From positions 2,624,001 to 2,688,000 of the forward strand of contig OZ240215.1 of assembly GCA_965197585.1 (NCBI GenBank): a DNA stretch of 64,000 nucleotides. The letters run 5' to 3'. Positions 56,031-64,000 of the stretch are shown here, piece by piece (within the stretch, counting starts at the first letter, position 1; the number at the start of each line of letters is the position of its first letter). Both the position numbers and the translations under genes were made by a program. The notes under the pieces were generated by a model that saw only the letters and a list, made by a program, of their open reading frames with translations, did no database searches and was not told the origin of the DNA. Source of the DNA: Dehalococcoidia bacterium (GTDB taxonomy: Bacteria; Chloroflexota; Dehalococcoidia; Plut-88900).

Positions 56031-57074
56031 TGTCAGGTAATTCGTTGACAGAATTAGGTGGATTTAAGGGTCTCCAAAGGGGTCTTTCCATCCATTGCCT
56101 GGTGGGGTCTCTGAGTATTGTAGTAGATCAGGTATTGCTGAAGCTCGTCCTTCAGTTCCGAGACCGATTCGAAGGTTGTCCCCTCCAGCAGGTCCTCGTT
56201 CAAGGTTCTCCAGAACCGCTCTATCTTCCCGTTGGTCTGGGGCCTATAAGGGCGGGTGTAGCGGTGCTTTATGCCCAGCTCATTGAGCATCCGTTCCATG
56301 GGGTGGCCCTCGGTGTTCCTTGGGGAGGCCATCTCGGGGCCGTTGTCGGTGAGGATGGCCTCGAATTGGATGCCGTACTCCACGTTAAGGAAATTGATGG
56401 ACTTCAGAGTAGCAAACATAACGGAGAGACTCTTGATGTCTCCGACCACTTCGGCCCAGGCCAGACGGGTGTAGGCGTCGATGAGGCCCACCAGGTAGTA
56501 GCGGTGCTTGGTGCCCACGATGGTATCCCGGCTGAGGTAGTGGCTGTCCAGGTGGCCCAGCTCTCCTGCCCGGGTCTTGATGATCTTGCGCTTCGACTGC
56601 TGCATCGGCTTTGTGAGCCTATTGAAACCGTGGCGTCTGGTGATGGCGTAGATGGTGGAGGGCTTAGGGGTGTTGTGTTTAAGGATGGGTTTGAGTATGG
56701 CATAGATCTCGTAACGGTTGGTACCGTTAAGGCGCTCGTTGATGACCTTCTGCTCAATGTAGGGCAGGGTGCGGCGGGACTTCCACCCGGGACCCCGCTT
56801 ACGGGGGAGGAAGGCGTTGTCGGAGGGGGAGAGGAGGAACCGGTTGTAGTACTTGGCGAAGGTCTGACGGCTAGTGCCGTGGAAGGAGTAGAAGTCCTGG
56901 GCGAAGCGGAAACGGGGATGCTTCCCTGCCTTGACCAGTTGATACTCATGGATGAGGAACCGCCACTTCTGAATGTAGTTCCGCTCAAGGGTGAGGTCCT
57001 TGCTATTGTCTCGCATTCTCGCCTCCAGATTGGTGTTGGCCTCTTATACCAATCTGTCAACGAATTACCTAACA
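56031..57074 (-). mobile_element. IS481-family insertion sequence (1044 bp)
   Basis: 22-bp terminal inverted repeats TGT(C/T)AGGTAATTCGTTGACAGA at 56031-56052 and 57053-57074 (1 mismatch) with TGT..ACA ends; no target duplication seen. Confidence 0.92.
56054..57016 (-). CDS. IS481 DDE transposase
   Basis: GHLD, IDAYTR, LTDNGPE, RPQTNGKIERFWRTL, YNTQRPH. Confidence 0.95.
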   Translation of the reverse strand: MRDNSKDLTLERNYIQKWRFLIHEYQLVKAGKHPRFRFAQDFYSFHGTSRQTFAKYYNRFLLSPSDNAFLPRKRGPGWKSRRTLPYIEQKVINERLNGTNRYEIYAILKPILKHNTPKPSTIYAITRRHGFNRLTKPMQQSKRKIIKTRAGELGHLDSHYLSRDTIVGTKHRYYLVGLIDAYTRLAWAEVVGDIKSLSVMFATLKSINFLNVEYGIQFEAILTDNGPEMASPRNTEGHPMERMLNELGIKHRYTRPYRPQTNGKIERFWRTLNEDLLEGTTFESVSELKDELQQYLIYYNTQRPHQAMDGKTPLETLKST

Positions 57075-57876
57075 CTTACAGGAATGACAGGGGGAGGGGG
57101 TAGGTTATTCAGTTGTGTGGTTTCGGGTTCCGTTCTATTTGTTGGGGTGGTTGGCGATGGAAGACGCCTGCTGGACGATGCCCCCGTTCATGTGCCTCGG
57201 GTGCTCCGACGCCCTGGGGCAAGGGCGTCCGGCCCGCTTTTGCCGCTGCTGCGGCCTGTGGCCCTGTATACGCCGGACATGGGCAGGGACCTTCAGGGCC
57301 AGCAGGTCCGAGTCCGACTCCGGGGGGGTTGGCTGCACCGCATAAGGGCGGCTAGGAGGCCCGTCCAGCGTCCGATGCCGGGCCTCTTGCAGGCGTAATG
57401 TGTCCAAGTTTGCCGGTGCGACCCGGAGTGCAGGGACCACCGGCTCCCGGCTTTATTGAGCGGTCGGTGTACCGAGAGGGTCTCGGCGCCGGGTCTATCC
57501 GACCGCTATTCCGCTTGAAGGAGCGGCATCTCCGTTAGGAGCCTCACATGGAACGATAGCGAACCAGGGCGTCTTTCCATCGCCTGGGGGACAGGGAGAA
57601 GGGGCACGGGACCCGATGGGATGAGGAGATGGCGTCGTTTGCTTGAGCCGCAGGCCGCGGGAGGGCCATTGGGATGGGCTTGGACGTTGAGTCCTCGGAT
57701 GGGTCGGGTGGGCTTCCCTAGTTTTTGGTTCCTCCTTGAGATAGTTAGGTTGGTGTTCGAACGGTGAGGAGATTAGCACGGATGTTCAGGTGGGTCAAGG
57801 GGTTGATGTCACAATTTAGGGGAGGGGTGGGTGAAAGAGCGGATGCGACGGATTGGCAAACGCGGGCCACCCCCCC

Positions 57877-58016
57877 CCGCTCGACCCTTCGACTTGGCTC
57901 AGGATGAGCGGCCCCGCACCGGGGATGGATTCCCGTGTCGGGGCACGAGAATGACGAGAGAGGTAAGGGTTGATTTAGGGAGAGACGCTTCAGATCCCTC
58001 GCGGGGCATCGGGATG
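57877..58016. repeat. Cluster of REP-like palindromes
   Basis: CCGCTC..CCCTTCGACTTGGCTCAGGATGAGCGG; TGGATTCCCGTG..CACGAGAATGAC; AGATCCCTCGCGGGGCATCGGGATG (similar to 56001-56024). Confidence 0.55.
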
Positions 58017-58090
58017 GGAGGGGAGGTGGGGTGGTGAGTTAGAATTTACTTCGACATTACACCAGCTAAAGGTTCGACCGAGGAGACGAG

Positions 58091-58762
58091 TTGCAGGAAA
58101 AATTCAGTGATCACTTGCGAGCCCTTGGAAATTCGATCTGGGAGGCCCAGCGCAACCATCCATTTGTCACGGGAGTCGGGGACGGGACCCTGGAGATTGA
58201 AAGGCTGAAGTTCTGGGTCCGGCAGGACTACTTGTACCTGATCGACTATGCCAGAGTCTATAACCTGGCCGCGGCCAAGGCCCCGGACCCTGAGCTTTCC
58301 GGCTGGCTCACGTTTCACGCCGATTTCACCCTGAACAAGGAGATGGCCCTGCATCGATCCTACGCCCGGGACTTCGGGATAGGAGAAGATGAGCTAATCG
58401 CCGAACGGAAGTCGCCCACCTGCCAGGCTTACACGGACTTCCTGATGCGGACCGCCGCGGTAGAACCTTTCGAGGCGATCATAGCCGCTCTTCTCCCCTG
58501 CTTCTGGGGATACTACGAGATGGGCAAGTCTTTGGAGGAACGCGGGCTTCCGGAAAACGAGCTGTACGTGAGGTGGATAGAGCAGTACACGGACCCGGGA
58601 TACGGCGAGGAGGTACGGAAGTGTCGGGAGTTGACGGACCGGCTGGGGAGGGATGGGTCTGTGGCGACGAGGGCGCTGATGGAGGAGGCGTTCGTGACCA
58701 GCAGCCGGTACGAGTACCTGTTCTGGGAGATGTGTTACAGCCTGGAAAGATGGCCGGTGTAA
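58091..58762 (+). CDS. tenA: Thiaminase II / aminopyrimidine aminohydrolase
   Basis: HPFV..GDGTL, QDYLYL, LLPCFWGY catalytic Cys, YEYLFWEM. Confidence 0.92.
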   Translation: MQEKFSDHLRALGNSIWEAQRNHPFVTGVGDGTLEIERLKFWVRQDYLYLIDYARVYNLAAAKAPDPELSGWLTFHADFTLNKEMALHRSYARDFGIGEDELIAERKSPTCQAYTDFLMRTAAVEPFEAIIAALLPCFWGYYEMGKSLEERGLPENELYVRWIEQYTDPGYGEEVRKCRELTDRLGRDGSVATRALMEEAFVTSSRYEYLFWEMCYSLERWPV

Positions 58763-58763
58763 G

Positions 58764-60563
58764 TTACGGGCCATCGGGCGCGGGCCGGGATTGGACTATA
58801 GGCGTGTACCAATATGTCTGGCGCATCCGCACCATGTCCTTGACCCTGCCGGCGCTCGTCGGCCTATCGAGGCCGGGGGTCTGGGCAGTGGACAGCGTGA
58901 GTGCCACGACTTCCGGTCGATCTTCGGAGGCTACGACCTCATGGCGAAGGGATCCGTCGCCCTGTTTGTCGAACACACCGCTCCGACCTATGTAATCGCC
59001 TCCGCAACGGTTGGCGAAAGCTACAAAGGCGTTGTTCTCCTCGCTGCGAGAGCGGAGCAGGTGCCAGTGCACGTCGTCGGCTTCCCTGAGGATAGGCTCT
59101 TCGAAGGGAACATCGGTGGGCCCCAGGCTCGCGGCCCGGGGATATTTGAGGGCCGCTGGCACGCATATCAGGTCGGCGCCCTTGACTCCGAAGGCTCTCG
59201 CGGCCTCTGGGAACATGGCGTCGTGCCCTACTAGAAGCCCAACCCGACCTGCAGGGATGTCGAATACGGGGAACCCGCCATCGCCGGGCGAGGCCCATGC
59301 TCGGTCATCCATCGACAGGTGTACCTTGCGGTAGCTTCCAACCAGCCCTTCCGGGCCGACCAGCAAGGCCGTGTTGTACATTCGCCCGGAGTCTTGCTCG
59401 ACGATGCTGGTTACCACAAAGGCGTCGTTGTCTCGGGCCAACGCGGTCAGCAACTTCACCGACTCACTATCACGTAGAACTTCTGGCAGGGTGCGGGCCT
59501 GGGACTCAGTGGTTACGGGGCCGGATAGAGCGAGTTCAGACAACACCAGGACATCGAAGGGCGAGTCCATGCCGTCAATCATTTGCCGGAGGGCTGCGAG
59601 GGTCTCTTTCCGAGTTCCCAGGCTCTCTTTCATCTGGCAGACGGCGATAGTGGACTCCTTCCCTGCCGGGAGTCCATCCTGCCCGTAGAGGCCGAAATAT
59701 TCGTTGGGGTTGAATAGGTAGGTGTTGAGGACCGAGTCGGAGTAGTGAGTCGGGCGCCGTTCGAGCAGCTTGTCTCCGGTCTCGTTGGCAGCGAACTTCT
59801 TGTCCCGGGCCTTGGCAATGTCGATGTATCCGTAGACGATCCCGTTCCCCGTGTCCCGGTAGGACTGTATGGCTCCGTCAGGATCTATGACCGCACTGCC
59901 CCCGGAGAACTCCACCGTGCGTTCGTTGCCCCAGCGGTCGGCGGCCACGAGGTAGACACCGTTTTCGAAGGCGCGGGTTATCCAGGCCGGGGCGGGTGCC
60001 TTTTCGAGCAGCCAGTTGGTTGGGAAGCAGATCACGTCGGCGCCGCGCAGGGCGAGAACGCGCGCCGTTTCCGGGAAGGATGCATCCATGCAGATGAGGC
60101 CGCCCAGGTTTCCGAGCTCCGTTCGAAATACGGGTAAATCCAGGTCGCCGTCCTTGGCCCAGGTGTTTTCGGAGATGAAGGAGTGGGTCTTGCGGTACTT
60201 TCCGACCACACCCTCCGGCCCGACCAGGGCCAGCGAGTTGTAGTAGATGTCCGTCTCGGGGTCCACCTCCGGCATGCCGACTACGATGTAGCAGCCATAC
60301 CGAGCCGCCAGTTCCCCGAACCTCTCAGTGGTGGGGCCGGGGATGGGCTCGACGTAGGGGGCGATCTCCGCACGGTCGAAGAAGCAATATGCGGTAGTCG
60401 CCATTTCGACGAGAACTATGAGCTTGGCGTCGTTCCTTGCTGCCTCTTCCACCATCTCAAGTTGCTCGAGCAGATTTCTCTCTTTTTCGAAGAGGGTGGG
60501 GGCGTACTGGATGGCGGCGGCTTTGTAGACCGGGGTCTGGGGGAGTGAGGCTTGGTCAGGCAT
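58764..60563 (-). CDS. Double-domain nitrilase / carbon-nitrogen hydrolase
   Basis: Two CN-hydrolase repeats: VEM/YRKTH/LICMD and SEL/YRKVH/LVGHD. Confidence 0.9.
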   Translation of the reverse strand: MPDQASLPQTPVYKAAAIQYAPTLFEKERNLLEQLEMVEEAARNDAKLIVLVEMATTAYCFFDRAEIAPYVEPIPGPTTERFGELAARYGCYIVVGMPEVDPETDIYYNSLALVGPEGVVGKYRKTHSFISENTWAKDGDLDLPVFRTELGNLGGLICMDASFPETARVLALRGADVICFPTNWLLEKAPAPAWITRAFENGVYLVAADRWGNERTVEFSGGSAVIDPDGAIQSYRDTGNGIVYGYIDIAKARDKKFAANETGDKLLERRPTHYSDSVLNTYLFNPNEYFGLYGQDGLPAGKESTIAVCQMKESLGTRKETLAALRQMIDGMDSPFDVLVLSELALSGPVTTESQARTLPEVLRDSESVKLLTALARDNDAFVVTSIVEQDSGRMYNTALLVGPEGLVGSYRKVHLSMDDRAWASPGDGGFPVFDIPAGRVGLLVGHDAMFPEAARAFGVKGADLICVPAALKYPRAASLGPTDVPFEEPILREADDVHWHLLRSRSEENNAFVAFANRCGGDYIGRSGVFDKQGDGSLRHEVVASEDRPEVVALTLSTAQTPGLDRPTSAGRVKDMVRMRQTYWYTPIVQSRPAPDGP

Positions 60564-60728
60564 GGGGTGCTCCTTCAGATCAGCGCATGGGCGAGACGGC
60601 GATGCCTTGACACTACAATCGACGGGAAAGCCCTGTCAAACGGGTCCGATCGATGAGGCAGAGAAAAGGGCATGGCGATATATACTGTCAGTGGCGTCGG
60701 CCAAATCATTGACCCCGAGGGAAACCGC

Positions 60729-61142
60729 ATGCCTGATCAAAAGGCCCTTCCAGCAAAGGAGCAGTTCCCGAATGTGCTGCAACGGACCCTGGAGCTCACG
60801 GGCGGGAGGGTCTCCAAGGAGAGTGTCGGGAAGCTGTACAAGATTTTCAAGACACTGCGCTGGGATTTCCCGGACTACGAGATGTCGGCGTACACGGTGC
60901 TGGACGCTGAAGGCGCTTTCGGGTATGCAGAGTGGATTGAGGGAGCGCCGGACGCACGGATAACTATGGACGCGGAGCGGCTGCACCAGGTGGTCTATGG
61001 TCGGGGGAACATGGCAAAGATGTTCCTTTCGGGGCAGATCAAGCTGAAGGGTGTCCCGATGTACAAGCTGATGAGGTTCGTTCCCTTGCTGGGGCCCTTT
61101 CTGGACAGCTACCGGGAAGCGTGTGAGGAAGCATCCAACTGA
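60729..61142 (+). CDS. SCP2 sterol-binding-like protein
   Basis: PDARITMD..L.....G..NMAKMFLSGQIKLKG motif; ATG 60729 with GAGG RBS (alternative start 60672). Confidence 0.7.
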   Translation: MPDQKALPAKEQFPNVLQRTLELTGGRVSKESVGKLYKIFKTLRWDFPDYEMSAYTVLDAEGAFGYAEWIEGAPDARITMDAERLHQVVYGRGNMAKMFLSGQIKLKGVPMYKLMRFVPLLGPFLDSYREACEEASN

Positions 61143-61231
61143 TGCCGATCAAGCCGCACAGTGTGGACAGTCGGCGAGGACAGGCCATATAATGAGCCAT
61201 TCTCATCGGTGACGGCGGTGCCCCAACTACA

Positions 61232-62125
61232 ATGACAGAAGCCTCTACTAAACACGTCTCGACTTCCAGCACCCCTGCCAAAGTATCAGTGGCCGACGAG
61301 CACCATGAGATCCCCCGGCTCACCGTCGGGGAGATGGGCAGCCTGACCCAGACCATCCGCCGCCACATTGTTCGTATGACCGCGGCCGCGGGAAGCGGAC
61401 ACCCCGGCGGCTCTCTATCGTCGGTCGAAATACTGACAAGCCTCTATTTCAAAGTCCTCCGGCACGATCCCCGGGACCCGGACTGGCCGGGACGCGACAG
61501 GTTCATCCTGAGCAAGGGCCACTGCACCCCAGTCCTCTACTCCACGCTGGCAGAAGCGGGATATTTCCCAGTAGAGGAATTGGCGACCTTCCGGCAGGTG
61601 GACAGCCGACTCCACGGCCATTGCCACAACACTACACCGGGCGTCGAGCAGTGCTCGGGGTCCCTGGGGCAGGGGCTGTCAGTAGGGGTGGGGATGGCGT
61701 TGGCGGGGCGGCTGGACAACAGCCCGCACAATGTCTACGTGCTACTGGGGGATGGGGAATGTGACGAGGGGCAGATATGGGAAGCGGCCATGGCAGCCTC
61801 GCACTTCGGGCTGGACAACATTACGGTCATAGTAGACCGGAACGGCATCCAGAACGACCGGTGGACTCACGAGGTCATGAACCTGGAACCCTTGCCCGAT
61901 AAATGGCGGGCATTCGGCTGGGACGTGCACGAAGTCAACGGACACGATCTTGACCAGATGGTGGAGGCCCTAAGCAATGCTTCGCAAAGGGACGGGAAAC
62001 GGCACGCCATCATCGCCGGGACGGTTAAGGGCAAGGGCGTCAGCTTCATGGAGAACAACCCTGACTTCCACGGCAAGGCCCCCAACGCCGACCAGCTTCG
62101 GATCGCCCTAGAAGAGATTGGCTGA
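61232..62125 (+). CDS. Transketolase, N-terminal subunit
   Basis: SGHPGGSLS, DRFILSKGH, GSLGQG, GDGECDEG ThDP motif. Confidence 0.95.
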   Translation: MTEASTKHVSTSSTPAKVSVADEHHEIPRLTVGEMGSLTQTIRRHIVRMTAAAGSGHPGGSLSSVEILTSLYFKVLRHDPRDPDWPGRDRFILSKGHCTPVLYSTLAEAGYFPVEELATFRQVDSRLHGHCHNTTPGVEQCSGSLGQGLSVGVGMALAGRLDNSPHNVYVLLGDGECDEGQIWEAAMAASHFGLDNITVIVDRNGIQNDRWTHEVMNLEPLPDKWRAFGWDVHEVNGHDLDQMVEALSNASQRDGKRHAIIAGTVKGKGVSFMENNPDFHGKAPNADQLRIALEEIG

Positions 62126-63071
62126 AGCATTGGTTACGAAAGTCGCGACCCGGCAAGCCTTTGGCGAGACCCTTGTGGAGTTGGGCCGCACCAACCCCGA
62201 CATTGTGGTCATAGGCGGGGACTTGAACAAGTCCACGATGACCACTCTCTTCGCCAAGGAGTTCCCGGACAGGTTCTTCGACTGTGGAGCGGCGGAGCAG
62301 AACATGATGGGGATCGCCTCGGGGTTGGCGGCCTCGGGGAAGATACCATTTGCAAGCACCTTCGCCGTGTTTGGCTCGGGGCGGCCGTTCGATCAGATCA
62401 GGATATCGATAGCCCAGGCGCGGGCCAACGTGAAGATAGTCGTTACTCATGCCGGGATTATCACGGGCCCCGACGGGATGTCGGCGCACGGGATCGAGGA
62501 CTTAGCCCTGATGTGTTCCCTGGTGGGCTTCACGGTGGTCGTGCCCGCAGATGCGGCGGAGACAGTGCAGGCAGTGCGGGCCATGGCCGAGATGGACGGG
62601 CCCTGCTACCTGCGGCTCAGCCGCCCTGCGACGCCCATAGTCTGCCCGGAAGACTACCAGTTCCGGATCGGCAAGGCGACGGAATTCAGGCCGGGGAACG
62701 ACGTCACTATCATGGCCACGGGCATAATGGTGGCAATGGCCCTGGAAGCTGCAGAGAACTTGGCCCGGGAATCGATAGAGGCCCGCGTCGTGAACGTGTC
62801 GACGCTCAAGCCGTTTGATTTGGAGACGGTGGTTAGATGTGCTCGGGAGACGGGGGCGGTTGTGACGGCGGAGGAGCATCTGAAGCACGGGGGTCTGGGA
62901 AGTATTGTGGCCGAGGCGCTGGGGGAGCACTGCCCCGTGCCCATGTCCGTTGTGGCAATCGACGATGTCTACAGTCCTTCCGGAGAAGCAGACGAGCTAT
63001 TGAAAATGCGGGGTCTCACGCCGGAGCGGATAGCGAATGCGGCCAAAAGCGTAATTGAGAGAAGGAAATAG
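62118..63071 (+). CDS. Transketolase, C-terminal subunit
   Basis: GAAEQNM, GPDGMSAH, AEEH..GGLG. Confidence 0.95.
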   Translation: MAEALVTKVATRQAFGETLVELGRTNPDIVVIGGDLNKSTMTTLFAKEFPDRFFDCGAAEQNMMGIASGLAASGKIPFASTFAVFGSGRPFDQIRISIAQARANVKIVVTHAGIITGPDGMSAHGIEDLALMCSLVGFTVVVPADAAETVQAVRAMAEMDGPCYLRLSRPATPIVCPEDYQFRIGKATEFRPGNDVTIMATGIMVAMALEAAENLARESIEARVVNVSTLKPFDLETVVRCARETGAVVTAEEHLKHGGLGSIVAEALGEHCPVPMSVVAIDDVYSPSGEADELLKMRGLTPERIANAAKSVIERRK

Positions 63072-63252
63072 CGCCAGCCAAATAATAGTAATTTGAAAGA
63101 ACAACCCAGGGGACTGCGGGGATGCAGTGTAGGTGAGTGACGCTTCATGTTGGGGAGAGGAGGGCAGTGCATGGAAGTCTATCGACGAGTGGGAGTAAGT
63201 AGGGACCGTAAGTACGGGAGACCGGCTTACGGTCAGATGAGGAGGGAGTCGA

Positions 63253-64000
63253 ATGAGAAATGAAGCAAAGAGAACAGTCCGAAAGGTAAAGGTACGAAGG
63301 ACCGCCCTGGGTTTCCTGACCATCCTATTGGTCATTGTTTTGGCAGTTGCTGGCTGTGGTGAGGCGGCAACTGCTACACCCGAGGCCGCTGAGCCGACGG
63401 CAACGCCCCAACCCACGCCAACAACTCCGCCTTCTGAGCCAGCAACTGCAGAGCCCGACGAGCCGGAGACAACAATTAGACCTTTGTCCGAATGGACGGT
63501 GGAGAACCCCGCCACCCTGGAGGAGATAGAGGCGGAGTTGGAGAAGCATAGGGGTGAGACCCTCTCGTTCATATCCGAAGGCGGTGCATTCCAGGCAGCC
63601 ATAAGACGGGCATGGTTGGACCCTATGCGGGAGAAGTTCGGGCTGGAGATAGTTGAGGAAAGCCCGGGGCCAGGCATAGCCAGAGTTCGAACCCAAGCCG
63701 AAACCGGAAACATTTCGTGGGACATAATAGACTTGGGTACCGACCAAGTAGCTGCCCTGCTAAAAACAGATAGCTTGGGCGAATACGATCCGGCTATCGT
63801 AGACGCCAGGGACCTCCTGGACATTGTTACGGAGCCGGGACCATACATCGCCGGAGGGGGCATCACATGGTCCACTATTCTTGCCTACAACACGGATGTC
63901 TACCCGGGAGATACAGGCCCTAAGAACTGGGCGGACTTCTTCGACCTGGAGAATTTTCCAGGCCGTCGCTCTCTACGGAACGAGGTCTCCTACGGGGGAC
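63253..64000 (+). CDS. ABC substrate-binding lipoprotein (PotD/PotF-like), truncated by window edge
   Basis: Translated by hand: lipobox VAGC, Pro/Thr linker, GGAFQAA, LAYNTD, PKNWADFFDLENFPGRRSLR. Confidence 0.85.
   Translation, partial: MRNEAKRTVRKVKVRRTALGFLTILLVIVLAVAGCGEAATATPEAAEPTATPQPTPTTPPSEPATAEPDEPETTIRPLSEWTVENPATLEEIEAELEKHRGETLSFISEGGAFQAAIRRAWLDPMREKFGLEIVEESPGPGIARVRTQAETGNISWDIIDLGTDQVAALLKTDSLGEYDPAIVDARDLLDIVTEPGPYIAGGGITWSTILAYNTDVYPGDTGPKNWADFFDLENFPGRRSLRNEVSYGG

Noticed and set aside
55670-57103. 477-aa plus-strand ORF
   Set aside because: Antisense to the IS481 transposase and crosses the IS boundaries.
57100-57800. Several short ORFs right of IS481
   Set aside because: Conflicting frames, low-complexity translations, no family recognised.
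60540-60750. Divergent nitrilase and SCP2 genes both start MPDQ
   Set aside because: The match is only about 12 bp and likely coincidental.

Overview
High-GC bacterial window. The gene content (tandem SDR and MaoC paralogs, TldD/PmbA, split transketolase, large serine recombinase at a tRNA) looks like Chloroflexota/Dehalococcoidia; this is inference only. About 5.9-43.4 kb is an integrative conjugative element ending at the 3' end of tRNA-Glu(TTC) (43363-43439, minus strand); its left end was not found and may lie outside the window. The element carries: (1) a minus-strand backbone/putative leading region with primase, Rad52-like annealase, SSB, RadC, adenine MTase, SF2 helicase and a PRTRC-type ubiquitin-like cassette (Ubl, E2-like, JAB, E1/ThiF); (2) a minimal conjugation cluster (VirB6, two pilins, PrgI fusion, VirB4, VirD4, Replic_Relax-type relaxase); (3) a lower-GC, translationally coupled cargo operon (SPPY methyltransferase, wHTH protein, AAA ATPase, PIN nuclease) preceded by a small zinc-ribbon gene whose promoter overlaps a palindrome, which is the best candidate for an undescribed defence system; (4) an ImmR/ImmA-like switch and a large serine recombinase whose frame runs out through the antisense tRNA. 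To the left are VapBC, a type III Mod-like MTase and a RelE-fused UvrD helicase. To the right are HicAB, argC, a GmrSD-like nuclease, nth, tldD/pmbA, lipid-metabolism genes, an IS481, tenA, a double nitrilase, transketolase halves and a partial ABC substrate-binding lipoprotein. All family calls come from motif recognition; no database search was run.
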